This document shows, piece by piece, positions 1 to 9,659 of a DNA stretch of 64,000 nt. This DNA is from Flavobacteriaceae bacterium. Its GTDB lineage: Bacteria; Bacteroidota; Bacteroidia; Flavobacteriales; Flavobacteriaceae. Under the pieces are notes generated by a model. It saw only the letters and a list, made by a program, of their open reading frames with translations, was not told the origin of the DNA and ran no database searches. Positions within the stretch are counted from its first letter, which is position 1. The number at the start of each line of letters is the position of its first letter. Made by a program: the position numbers and the translations under genes. The stretch is taken from assembly GCA_041392165.1 (NCBI GenBank), contig JAWKMN010000002.1:421897-485896 (forward strand). The letters are read 5' to 3'.

Positions 1-1256
1 ATGGTGGGCGAGGTGCTTATGGTGGCGGAAACCACCATGCCGGGTTTGGCTTTTTCTGCATTCCCCAAAAATTCGGGACAGGCAATGCGCTGCTCGTCAT
101 GATTCTCCAGAAAATGTAGCATTTGGTGTTCAATATCCATGAGTCCGCTTTGTAGAACCGGTATATGGTCTGTCCACCCATGCCCCTGCATAATGTGCTT
201 TAAGGAGTCATAAAACAATACCTTGTCATAGAGATAGTCCATTTTTCCTTTAAAGATATACTCCCTGTAAAGGTCTGGATTATAGACTTCCGCCATTAAA
301 AATGCCTCCGGGTTTTTCATTTTTATGGACGAATTCATGAAGCTCCAGAATTCTATGGGAACCATTTCCGCCATATCATAGCGAAACCCATCCACTCCTA
401 CATCCAGCCAGAAAAGGGCAATATCCCTAAATTTTATCCAGGAGTTTGGAACCTCCTTGTTTTTCCAAAATTCAAAATGTTCAGAAAAGTGTTTATGGCC
501 AAAATCATCTGGCAACGTGTCAAAATCCCTATGTCCGTCCGGACCAATCCCATAGTTAATTTTTACGGTCTCGTACCAATCATTAAAATCGGGTTTCGAT
601 AAACGGGATCCATTTCCAGTCCATTTTGCAGGCGATTCCGTGAACCTGTCATCGGCCATGTGGTTTTTTTCCCCTCCCAAAGGAAGGTAGCCGTTCGGCC
701 AATCAGGCACAGAAAATGATTCCCCCGGATTGTAATAAAAATTATTGTCCTTGGCGTAGACTACATTGGTATTGTCGTTGGTCCCAAAATCTACCACCCC
801 TTTGGGGTTGTTCCTACCTTCGTATTTTCTGGCAATATGGTTGGGGACTATATCTATGATCACTTTTAGACCCGCATTATGGCTCCTGGCCAAGAGGTCC
901 TTGAATTCTAAATTTCTATTATTGGGATTATTGGCCAAATCTGGGTTTACGCTGTAATAATCCTTTACGGCATATGGCGAACCTGCCCTGCCCTTAACAA
1001 TATCCGGATCGTCATTGGAAATGTTGTAAGCGGTATAATCCCTTATAAGGGCATGATGGGGTATACCCGTATACCAAATATGGGTTACTCCCAGATCCTT
1101 GATTTCTTTTAAGGCCTTTTGCGTAAAGTCGCTGAATTTGCCTACCCCATTTTCCTCTATGGTCCCCCATGGTTTATTGGTGGTATTGGTATTCCCAAAC
1201 AATCTGGTGAATACTTGATAAACTACTGCTTTTCCAATTTTGGTGGCCTTTTTCAT
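1..1256 (-). CDS. GH13 alpha-amylase-family glycoside hydrolase; N-terminal ~418 codons only, the C-terminus lies beyond the left edge of the window
   Basis: The reverse strand is open from the ATG (rc of 1254..1256) to position 1. Translation begins MKKATKIGKAVVYQVFTRLFGN. It contains GH13 signatures DGFRYDMAEM (region II nucleophile) and FLENHDEQR (region IV). The ORF is truncated, so it is not in the supplied track. Confidence 0.85.
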   Translation of the reverse strand, partial: MKKATKIGKAVVYQVFTRLFGNTNTTNKPWGTIEENGVGKFSDFTQKALKEIKDLGVTHIWYTGIPHHALIRDYTAYNISNDDPDIVKGRAGSPYAVKDYYSVNPDLANNPNNRNLEFKDLLARSHNAGLKVIIDIVPNHIARKYEGRNNPKGVVDFGTNDNTNVVYAKDNNFYYNPGESFSVPDWPNGYLPLGGEKNHMADDRFTESPAKWTGNGSRLSKPDFNDWYETVKINYGIGPDGHRDFDTLPDDFGHKHFSEHFEFWKNKEVPNSWIKFRDIALFWLDVGVDGFRYDMAEMVPIEFWSFMNSSIKMKNPEAFLMAEVYNPDLYREYIFKGKMDYLYDKVLFYDSLKHIMQGHGWTDHIPVLQSGLMDIEHQMLHFLENHDEQRIACPEFLGNAEKAKPGMVVSATISTSPT

Positions 1257-1427
1257 TTTGTGCTTTCTTTTCGGAACAAAAGGTCCAACTTTGTGTTGTT
1301 AGGCTTTTCAGTACAATAATGACACTTGTTTTTGGAATTAGTGTCAATTTTTGTAAAAAAATTATTGGGACGATTTTTTTCCTATACTATATTGAAGCTT
1401 TTTCAAAACCATCCCAATTATATATTT

Positions 1428-3773
1428 TTAAGGGTTGATATTGTTATTGCCGAGTGCATATCCGAGTGGGAAATAGGTTTTTTTGCCGGCAGTCAGTACC
1501 ACTCTTTTTCCGTTTACCCGAATAGACATTTCATCTGTGCTTTCCAGCTCAAATATGGTTTCGTTTTCCGTAACCCTAACCTTTAATATTCTATTCCTAA
1601 AATTTACCTTGAAGGAGTAGGATTTCCATTGCTTTGGTATTCTTGGGGAAAAGGATAGTTTGTCTTCCAATATCCGCATACCTCCAAAACCTTCCACTAT
1701 ACTCATCCAGGTACCGGCCATAGATGTAATGTGCAGTCCTTCTTTTACTTCCTTGTTATAGTCGTCCAAATCCAATCGGGAGGTCCGCAGATAAAAAGCA
1801 TATGCCTGGTCCATTCTGTTCAGCTTTGCGGCCTGGATACTGTGTACACATGGGGATAAAGAAGATTCATGAACCGTAAAAGGTTCGTAAAAATCGAAAT
1901 GCTTCTCTAATTCCTCAGTTGTAAAATGGTCCTCAAAAAAATAGAATCCCTGGAGGGTGTCCGCCTGTTTAATGTACGGGGATCTTAAAATCCTGTCCCA
2001 ACTCCATTTTTGGTTTATAGGACGCTCTTTTGGATTTAATTCCTTGACAGGAACTAGTTCCTTGTCCAGAAAACCATCTTGTTGTAAATAAATGCCCAAT
2101 TTTTCATCAAAGGGGAAATACATTTTTTTCGCCACCTTGCCCCAAGCTTTTGTTTCGTTTTCGGAAAGTTTGGTTACCCCTATTATTCTATGATAATCAT
2201 CCGGATAACCGACCTTAACTTTTTGTAGTTCCTGTAGGGTGTAATTAATGCACCATTTTGCAATATAATTGGTGTAAAAATTATTGTTTACATTGTTTTC
2301 ATATTCATTGGGTCCTGTGACCCCAAGAATTACATATTTGTTCTTTTGGGTAGAGAAGGTGGCCCTTTGATGCCAAAATCGGGCAATTCCTATCAAGACC
2401 TCCAATCCCATCTCGGGAATGTAGGTATAATCACCGGTAAAACGGTAGTAGTTATAAATGGCAAAGGCAATGGCCCCATTGCGATGTATCTCCTCGAAGG
2501 TGATTTCCCATTCGTTATGGCATTCTTCCCCGTTCATGGTTACCATGGGATAGAGGGCCGCCCCATTTACAAAACCTAATTTTCGGGCATTTTCGATGGC
2601 CTTTTCCAAATGATTGTACCTATAGGTCAATAGGTTTCTTGCTACTTTTTTATTTTTGGTGGCCATATAAAATGGAATACAGTAGGCTTCGGTGTCCCAA
2701 TAGGTACTTCCCCCGTATTTTTCCCCGGTGAATCCTTTGGGGCCTATATTGAGCCTGGAATCTTTGCCCAGATAAGTTTGGTTTAAATGAAAAATATTGA
2801 AGCGAATGCCTTGTTGCGCCTTTACATCGCCATCAATGGTTATATCGCTCATTTCCCAGATTTTGGACCATGATTTCTTTTGTTGTTCCAATAGGGCCTC
2901 AAAACCCAAGGTGGTTACTTTTTGAAGCACTTTTTTCGCAGCCACTATCAGTTCGGTGGGTTTGTGGTTTGTAGAAACCGTGTATCCGCCAAACTTTACA
3001 AGGGTAAGGGACTCTCCTTTTTTAATATCCTTTTTATATTGATGTACCGCAGTAGTATCTGACAAAGCTTCCAAGGGCTTTTCCGTTGCCAATTCATTGT
3101 TGAAGTACAATTGCGATTCCATAAAGGTACAGGTGGTGAAGTTGGTCTTCATGGTATGGGCCTCAATAAAGGCACGGTGATCATCTGTTGTGACCCCGGT
3201 AGTATTCCAGAATTGATCTTCCCAATTGGTGTCCTTGTTGGTTATTCCGCTATCCAGATAAGGTTGAAAGGTTATGGAACTATCTTGGTTTAGGGCAATA
3301 ATTTGATATTTAATGGCACCAACTTCATCATGGTCCAAGCTAAGGAAACGAGTAATTTTTACCTCAATAACGGTGTCATTGGGCAGCGTAGCCCTAAAGC
3401 ATCGCATATACCAACCCTCCTGCATGTTCAATTCCCTTCTAAAATCAGCTACATTTTTACAGGTGTTCAGGTCCAAAGTATCGCCGTTGACAAGTACATT
3501 GATCCCGATCCAGTTAGGAGCGTTCAATACCTTGGCAAAATATTCGGGATAGCCGTTTTTCCACCAGCCTACGCGTGTTTTATCCGGATAATATACCCCT
3601 CCAATATAGCTTCCCTGAAAAGTAGGCCCGGTGTATTTCTCTTCAAAATTGGCGCGTTGCCCCATGGCTCCGTTTCCAAGACTGAATAAGCTTTCCGAGG
3701 ATTTTACTCTTTCCTTATCAAATCCTTCTTCTATGATAGACCAGTTATTGGGCTTTATGTAATCTTGATTCAT
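1428..3773 (-). CDS. GH65 glycoside phosphorylase (maltose/trehalose/kojibiose phosphorylase family)
   Basis: 781-aa ORF. The N-terminus WSIIEEGFDKERVKSSESLFSLGNGAMGQRANFEE and the length are typical of GH65 maltose phosphorylases. It sits next to beta-phosphoglucomutase, the canonical partner. Confidence 0.9.
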   Translation of the reverse strand: MNQDYIKPNNWSIIEEGFDKERVKSSESLFSLGNGAMGQRANFEEKYTGPTFQGSYIGGVYYPDKTRVGWWKNGYPEYFAKVLNAPNWIGINVLVNGDTLDLNTCKNVADFRRELNMQEGWYMRCFRATLPNDTVIEVKITRFLSLDHDEVGAIKYQIIALNQDSSITFQPYLDSGITNKDTNWEDQFWNTTGVTTDDHRAFIEAHTMKTNFTTCTFMESQLYFNNELATEKPLEALSDTTAVHQYKKDIKKGESLTLVKFGGYTVSTNHKPTELIVAAKKVLQKVTTLGFEALLEQQKKSWSKIWEMSDITIDGDVKAQQGIRFNIFHLNQTYLGKDSRLNIGPKGFTGEKYGGSTYWDTEAYCIPFYMATKNKKVARNLLTYRYNHLEKAIENARKLGFVNGAALYPMVTMNGEECHNEWEITFEEIHRNGAIAFAIYNYYRFTGDYTYIPEMGLEVLIGIARFWHQRATFSTQKNKYVILGVTGPNEYENNVNNNFYTNYIAKWCINYTLQELQKVKVGYPDDYHRIIGVTKLSENETKAWGKVAKKMYFPFDEKLGIYLQQDGFLDKELVPVKELNPKERPINQKWSWDRILRSPYIKQADTLQGFYFFEDHFTTEELEKHFDFYEPFTVHESSLSPCVHSIQAAKLNRMDQAYAFYLRTSRLDLDDYNKEVKEGLHITSMAGTWMSIVEGFGGMRILEDKLSFSPRIPKQWKSYSFKVNFRNRILKVRVTENETIFELESTDEMSIRVNGKRVVLTAGKKTYFPLGYALGNNNINP

Positions 3774-3847
3774 TGTATTGGGGTTTGGTGATAAAATCGA
3801 ATTTCAAATGGAAAGACACCAAATTAATTAATTATTGCGAATGTTCG

Positions 3848-4510
3848 TTATGGAGTTTGTTTTATTAGCCTACTTAGGAATTGATTGTCTATTTCCGTGA
3901 AATTTGCAAATACAAATTTTGCCTCTGAAAGCACTTTTTTATCCCCTATGCCAATACTGAGCATTCCGGCATTGTTGGCGGCCTCTATTCCAGCAACCGC
4001 ATCTTCAAAGACAATACATTCTTGGGGGGCTACGCCCATTTGTGCCGCGGCCAGCAAAAACACCTCCGGATCCGGCTTGGCCTTGGTTACTTGGGTACCA
4101 TCCACAATGGCATCAAAATAATCCATTAATTTGACCTTTTCCAATATTGGACGGGCATTCTTGCTGGCAGACCCTAACCCTAGGGGCATATTGTGTTCTT
4201 TAAGAAACTGCAATATTTTTTGGACGTTTGGCAAAACTTCCGATTCGTCCATTTTTTCTATCAGGGACAAATAGTCCTCATTTTTTTTTACCAACCAGCT
4301 GTCAAATTGTTCCCGGGATGCCTTTATTTTCCCAATTTCCAATAGGATTTCCAAACATCTTTTGCGACTTACTCCTTTAAATAGTTCGTTCTGTTCCTGG
4401 GTAAATTCAAATCCCAATTCATTGGCCAATTTTCTCCAGGCCAAGTAATGATATTTGGCAGTATCTACAATAACGCCATCCAAATCAAATATAAATCCTG
4501 TTTTTTTCAT
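3848..4510 (-). CDS. pgmB: beta-phosphoglucomutase (HAD superfamily)
   Basis: HAD motif I FIFDLDGVIVDT follows Met13 of the tracked ORF directly. The C-terminal motif is CIVFEDAVAGIEAANNAGM. The start was moved to the internal ATG at 4510; the tracked start at 4546 is also possible. Confidence 0.85.
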   Translation of the reverse strand: MKKTGFIFDLDGVIVDTAKYHYLAWRKLANELGFEFTQEQNELFKGVSRKRCLEILLEIGKIKASREQFDSWLVKKNEDYLSLIEKMDESEVLPNVQKILQFLKEHNMPLGLGSASKNARPILEKVKLMDYFDAIVDGTQVTKAKPDPEVFLLAAAQMGVAPQECIVFEDAVAGIEAANNAGMLSIGIGDKKVLSEAKFVFANFTEIDNQFLSRLIKQTP

Positions 4511-4568
4511 TGGTTTAAGAGATTCATTAAAATCTGTCCGGGCCATGACTGTTGGGTTTATTAGCTGG

Positions 4569-4645
4569 CTAAAGGCTATACCCTGTCTTTGTAGGCAGGC
4601 CTCCTCCCAATGGTTATACGGATTGGTTTTTATAAATTTTGGGGA
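4569..4645. repeat. Intergenic repeat copy A, related to the element at 53049..53131
   Basis: It shares, in the same order, taaagg, a short hairpin ending in the 10-mer aggcaggcct, and tataaattttgRgg with the second locus. Confidence 0.3.
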
Positions 4646-4750
4646 TCCATAGTTGACAGTGGGAGTTTACAGTTGATAAAGAAATGAATTTCACTGCCCA
4701 CTGGTCTTCTGTCTCCCTGTTTTTGAGGGAATGTTGTTCCGTTCCAAGAC

Positions 4751-5779
4751 CTAATTAACGGTTGACCCGCGTTCTATTAGGGTGGGTTCCAAAACCCTTG
4801 TTAGGAAGGTTTCCTCCTCCATGTCATTTTCTATCTTATCTATAAGTATTTCTGCCGCTATTTCCCCCATTTGTTCCCCATGCTGGGCAATAGCAGTCAA
4901 TCCTGGGGAGGCGTATTTGGAAAGAAGCCCATCCGTAAACCCAATAAAAGAAATGTCCTCAGGTATTTTTAAGCCTTTACTTTGTACGTAGCGCATGCTG
5001 TGAATGGCAAATATTTCGTTAACACTCAACACAGCGTCAACTTTCTCCCTCTCAAAGAAATCTTCAATTAGGTCTTCACTGATCTCCATGGAAGGAAATT
5101 TTAATATAAGGTCCTCATTATATGCTATGCCGTTGTCGGATAATGCCTCTTTATAGCCGGCAGCTCTTTCCCGGCTTACGCTTATATAGTCTTCCGAAGC
5201 AATCAGGGCTATTCTTTTCCTGCCGTCCTTAATAAATTTGGTTACTGCATTATAGGCTCCCTTCCTATCATCGATAATTACCTTGTCGCATACTATCTCT
5301 TCGGCCACACGGTCAAATAAGACCAATGGGATGCCCTGTTCCGTAACTTCCTTTAAATGGTTGTAGTCGTTTTTCAACTGTGTACGGAGTGAAAGGGAAG
5401 ATAATAAATTCAATATACTTCCATTGGCGAGCAATTCCCATATTTATGACTCCTTTGTCGAAAGATTCATCGGGAGAGACAGACGATAACATTAGAACTT
5501 TGGCATTGGCATATTTTTCGATGCCCCTGAAAACCGTAGTAAAAAAATGATGGACATATCCGGAATTATAACCCCAATGTTTTTGGTGCGCTTGTTCCTT
5601 TAAACTGATGGCAATATTATTGGGCTTTGTAATTGTACATATCGGCAAAGGCCTGAACCTTTTCTTTTTTGGTATCCGATCCACCCCCTACTGTTTGGTT
5701 GTTTGAAACCAGAAATGGAAACCCCTAATTTCATATGTTTGAGGGTGATTTTTCGTTTCAAAGGTGATTTTTTTTTCAA
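4751..5779 (-). pseudogene. LacI-family transcriptional regulator, multiply frameshifted
   Basis: The sugar-binding C-terminal domain is intact in ORF 4751..5434. The N-terminal part is spread over three frames: KITLKHMKLGVSIS (HTH), VSNNQTVGGGSDTKKEKVQAFADMYNY, KPNNIAISLK...VHHFFTTVFRGIEKYANAK, NVIVCLS, DESFDKGVINM. At least 4-5 frame changes fall between ~5400 and ~5720. Confidence 0.7.
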
Positions 5780-5809
5780 GTGAATATACTTCAATAAAAA
5801 TACAAAAGC

Positions 5810-5832
5810 ATTTGTACCGGTCAGGTACAAAT
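5810..5832 (-). terminator. Candidate intrinsic terminator hairpin downstream of the symporter pseudogene
   Basis: Perfect 9-bp inverted repeat atttgtacc / ggtacaaat with a 5-nt loop. On the minus strand a T-rich tract follows (gcttttgtattttta). The stem is AT-rich, so it is weak. Confidence 0.35.
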
Positions 5833-6028
5833 TGGAATATTCACTTGCAGTATGTAAAAATAGCACATTCGAGGAAGGAGTAAATTTATTTTAAACAATT
5901 GTTTAAATAGTACATGTTATTACCTAAAATACCATTGAAATAAAATGGATCATATATCTGGGAGTAGGTCCAAAACATGGAAATCACAAAAGTGTGCCTT
6001 TGGTTGTTTCGTCCTATGGCCAAGATAA

Positions 6029-7664
6029 TTATTTGGCAAAATAAATATAAATCGCCACTACTATAACACATATGCAATCCCTGCATGGTTTACATATTTA
6101 TAGGCTCAATGGGAACTTGCTCCGTGTATTCCAATTCAAAGGCCTTTTTCTAGATAAAATTTTTCCTGAAAGAAGCATTATCGCTGTATTGGCGATAAAC
6201 AATATGGCCATTACATGCAAAGTGCGGATAAGCTTCGGCTTCTATTAATTTGTAATGGCAGGGTCCTACTGCCAGAGGCCTTGGCCGATTCCAGAGCATT
6301 TTCTACAAATTTGCCCTTGAGTATAAACTGACTTAAAATATATAATAAGGACCTGAAAAGATACCTATTTTGGCGGCAATTGCAGGGACCCTTTTGGTTA
6401 AATATCCTACTACAATAATGAAGATCGGAATGCTGTATATACTGCTTATTTCCTGTAGGTAATTGAACAGACTACCGGCATTCGCTATCATTAGCTATGA
6501 ACATGGTACAGAGCCAATTTATTCCAAATATCTTTCCGTATTTAACCACGGTTTTTTCTGTGGCTTCCTTATTTATATGTTGTTTGGTATATATCGATAC
6601 CTGAACAAGGTTACCGAACTGTTGAGCACACTGTTAAAGGAACTTAAATGGCCCCGAACAAAACAGCGGCAAAAAATCCGACCAACGGTTTTGGCAACAC
6701 GGCCCGTACCAATTCCGGATAGGCAAGGTCACTTGAAGCAAGACCTCCATCAAAATAATTGTAGGCGATCATTCCAGGAAGTACTAAAATTAAAGGGCCT
6801 AAAATCTTTAAAAATGAAGCCAATAATAGCCCTTTTTGACCTTCGGCTAAATTTTCTTTGGCCCCCAAGGCCCTTTGTATAATTTGGTTGGTTGAGTTCC
6901 AACAGAATAGTTGAACCAGCATCATCCCTGTGAAAATGGTGGAAAAGGCACTCTCCTGCCCTGCTTCACCAGAGTCGAATCGTGCGGGCATCCGCAGCAC
7001 TAAATTCATCGCACTCCAAACATATTCCCGTCCCCATGGCCATTAATCCAAAAATGGGTATTAGGATTCCCCCGATAATAAGGCCAACAGCATTAATGCT
7101 GTCCGAAACGGCAACGGCCTTTAGTCCACCGAAAACCGCGTAAATAGACCCAATAACCCCTATGCCCCAAATGCACAGTACCAGAGCGGTCGAATCAGAA
7201 ACTCCTAAAAGTTCGGGAACATTGAACATGCCGCTTATTGCAACGGAACCGGAATAAAGGATAACCGGTAAAAGTACTACTACATAGCCCGTTAAAAAAA
7301 GACCTGAGGTAATGGTTTTAGTGGTAATATCAAATCTTTTTGCCAAAAACTGGGGAATGGTGGTAAGTCCTCCCTTTAAATATCTGGGCAATAAAAAAAC
7401 AGCGGTAACTACCATGGCGATTGCCGCCAAGGTCTCCCAGGCCATTACCGATAAACCATCGGTATAAGCACTGCCGTTAAGTCCAACTATTTGCTCGGTG
7501 GAAAGATTTGTTAAAAGTAAAGAACCTGCAATAACCCCGGCGGTAAGGCTTCTGCCTCCCAGAAAATAACCGTCGGAGGAACTTTCATCGGTTTTTCGGG
7601 TAGCGAGATAGGCAATTAGGGCCACCAAAAGAGTGAAGCCTACAAAAGAAAGAATTCCCAACAT
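6029..7664 (-). pseudogene. Sodium:solute symporter (SSS/SGLT family), multiply frameshifted
   Basis: The N-terminal 215 codons are intact (MLGILSFVGFTLLVALIAYLATRK...GGRSLTAGVIAGSL). The rest can be followed only by hopping frames: FDSGEAGQESAFSTIFTGMMLVQLF, QIIQRALGAKENLAEGQKG, LSSFNSVLNSSVTLF, IYTKQHINKEATEKTVVKYGKIFG, NAGSLFNYLQEISSIYSIPIFIIVVGYLTKRVPAIAAKIG, LLYILSQFILKGKFVENALESAKASGS, EAEAYPHF, LHVMAILFIANTAIMLLSGKI, KKAFELEYTEQVPIEP, ICVIVVAIYIYFAK-stop (stop at 6029..6031). There are roughly 8-10 frame changes. Total length is about 545 codons, as expected for the family. Confidence 0.75.
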
Positions 7665-8176
7665 TTTAAAATCTAATTTAGTTGATTTTTTGGCTAAATA
7701 TATTGGATTATTTATAATATATGGCATGTATATCCACTTTATCACAAAATGTGCCTTGTGGCGGCATCAAAATAATATCAATTATTAACAGGGGAAAACC
7801 TGAAAATAATTGAACTTTAATTATCTTGGTTTCCATTGTTTAAGGGAGGTGCCTTGTGGATGTCCGCTTTCATAGAAATATAGAGCATTTTGTTCGGAGG
7901 TGCAAAAAGTATATGTATTTTAAGGAAAATACTTGGAGCCGATAAAGGATTAAAATTTTGGGGAACAAATTAGGTGTGGAACGGGAACTTAAACTTGTTG
8001 GACATATGAAGACAACAGATTTTAACGGTAGGACTTATCTCTCTAGTTATTTTTAAAGATGATAGGGCCCAGGGGTATTACCTTGGCGAATAAAAATGTA
8101 AATTGGCCCAATACATCCTTGCTTGGGGACTTTTGGGTTTAAAGTGATCTATATAATTGGTACAAACGAAGTTTAT

Positions 8177-9526
8177 ATGAAACTATACTTAAGATTATTC
8201 GTGTTATTAGTAGTTGTAATATCATGTAATGGAAGGAAGGAGGAACCGGTGGTCATTACTTCCCAGGATCTTCATAGGTCTATCCATAAGGTAACCGAAG
8301 TCATGATCCACGATATTTTTTCACCCCCTGTGGCCAGTAGAATCTTTGTCTACCCCAATATTGCGGCCTATGAAATTGTAGCGCTCAATAACAGGGAATA
8401 CAAGTCGTTGGTAGGACAGGTTACCGATTTGACCCCAATACCGAAACCTGTTGGGGATACACCTGTTAACTATCGGATGTCGGCGCTAATTGCACATATG
8501 GAAATAAGCAAACGTTTAATTTTTTCCGATGATAGGATCGAAGTGTTCCGCGATAGTTTGTACGCAAATTGGCAAGACAGCAATATGTCCCAATTCGTCA
8601 ATTCCAAAGAATATGGTCTAGCAGTGGCAGAGCATATTATGGATTGGTTGAATAAGGATAATTATAAACAGACGAGGACAATGCCCAAATTTACTATCAA
8701 TACGAACGATAATTCGCGTTGGCAACCCACCCCACCTGCCTATATGGATGGATTGGAGCCCCACTGGAGTAAAATACGTCCTTTTGTAATGGATTCGGCA
8801 GATCAATTTAAACCTATTCCCCCTCCACCATTTTCCATGGAAAAGGATTCTGATTTTTATAGGGAAGTCAAAGAGGTATACGATATTGGCCAGGAAATAG
8901 TGGCAAAGGGGGACAATTCCAATGAACTTGCCATTGCAAAGTTTTGGGATTGTAATCCATATGTTTCCGTTACCAAGGGCCATTTAATGTTTGCTACAAA
9001 AAAAATAACGCCTGGGGCGCATTGGATAGGTATTGCTAAGATAGCCTGTGAAAAAAGTAAGGCCGATTTTGATGAGACCGTATTTGCCTACACCAAAACT
9101 TCCATGGCCATTGCCGATGGCTTTATTAGTTGTTGGGACGAAAAATACCGAAGTAATCTTATACGGCCGGAAACACTTATAAATCAATATATAGATGAAA
9201 ATTGGCAGCCCGTATTGCAAACACCGCCATTTCCGGAATATACCAGTGGCCATTCCGTGGTATCGGGAGCGGCCGCTACGGTCTTGACCAGTATTTTTGG
9301 GGATAATTTTGCCTTTGATGACGATACGGAAATTCCCTTTGGTCTTCCGGTGAGAAGTTTTAGCTCCTTTAACCAGGCTGCAGATGAAGCGGCCATAAGT
9401 AGAATGTACGGGGGCATCCATTATAGGGCAGCGGTGGAAGTTGGGGTGAAGCAAGGCCGGGAATTGGGTAAATTTATAGTGGATAAATTACAAATGAGAG
9501 GAGATGCGCAGTTAGTGGCCAAATGA
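8177..9526 (+). CDS. PAP2-superfamily, vanadium-haloperoxidase-like lipoprotein
   Basis: Lipoprotein-type signal MKLYLRLFVLLVVVISC. PAP2/haloperoxidase motifs are KYRSNLIRP (KxxxxxxRP), EYTSGHS (SGH) and SRMYGGIHYRAAV (SRxxxxxH, without the phosphatase-type Asp). The start was moved to the ATG at 8177. Confidence 0.7.
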   Translation: MKLYLRLFVLLVVVISCNGRKEEPVVITSQDLHRSIHKVTEVMIHDIFSPPVASRIFVYPNIAAYEIVALNNREYKSLVGQVTDLTPIPKPVGDTPVNYRMSALIAHMEISKRLIFSDDRIEVFRDSLYANWQDSNMSQFVNSKEYGLAVAEHIMDWLNKDNYKQTRTMPKFTINTNDNSRWQPTPPAYMDGLEPHWSKIRPFVMDSADQFKPIPPPPFSMEKDSDFYREVKEVYDIGQEIVAKGDNSNELAIAKFWDCNPYVSVTKGHLMFATKKITPGAHWIGIAKIACEKSKADFDETVFAYTKTSMAIADGFISCWDEKYRSNLIRPETLINQYIDENWQPVLQTPPFPEYTSGHSVVSGAAATVLTSIFGDNFAFDDDTEIPFGLPVRSFSSFNQAADEAAISRMYGGIHYRAAVEVGVKQGRELGKFIVDKLQMRGDAQLVAK

Positions 9527-9659
9527 TCCTATGGCCTACTTACTAATTGTTTTTCCAGTTTATATGGTGTAATTACAATTCGTGGGAAATAAAATTGTTG
9601 GCTCCCAAGCTGCCCGACTAACCGCTAAGGCGGGTTTTTATAATTACAAAATTTTACAT

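Noticed and set aside
5313-5866. Two overlapping minus-strand ORFs (123 aa and 88 aa) listed as separate proteins
   Set aside because: Both are fragments of the LacI-family gene read partly in the wrong frames. They are not independent genes.
5886-6086. 66-aa minus-strand ORF in the ORF track
   Set aside because: It lies within the decayed 3' end of the symporter gene. The true C-terminal peptide (ICVIVVAIYIYFAK-stop at 6029) is in a different frame, so this ORF is a by-product of the frameshifts.
8618-9454. Antisense ORFs of 121, 156 and 77 aa inside the haloperoxidase-like gene
   Set aside because: They have no recognisable motifs and odd composition, and they lie fully within a well-supported gene on the other strand. 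The same reasoning rejects the antisense or out-of-frame ORFs inside GH65 (2346..3689), the 1242-aa gene, GH32, PPIase, HMGR, Prc, PBP2 and purH (63130..63720).
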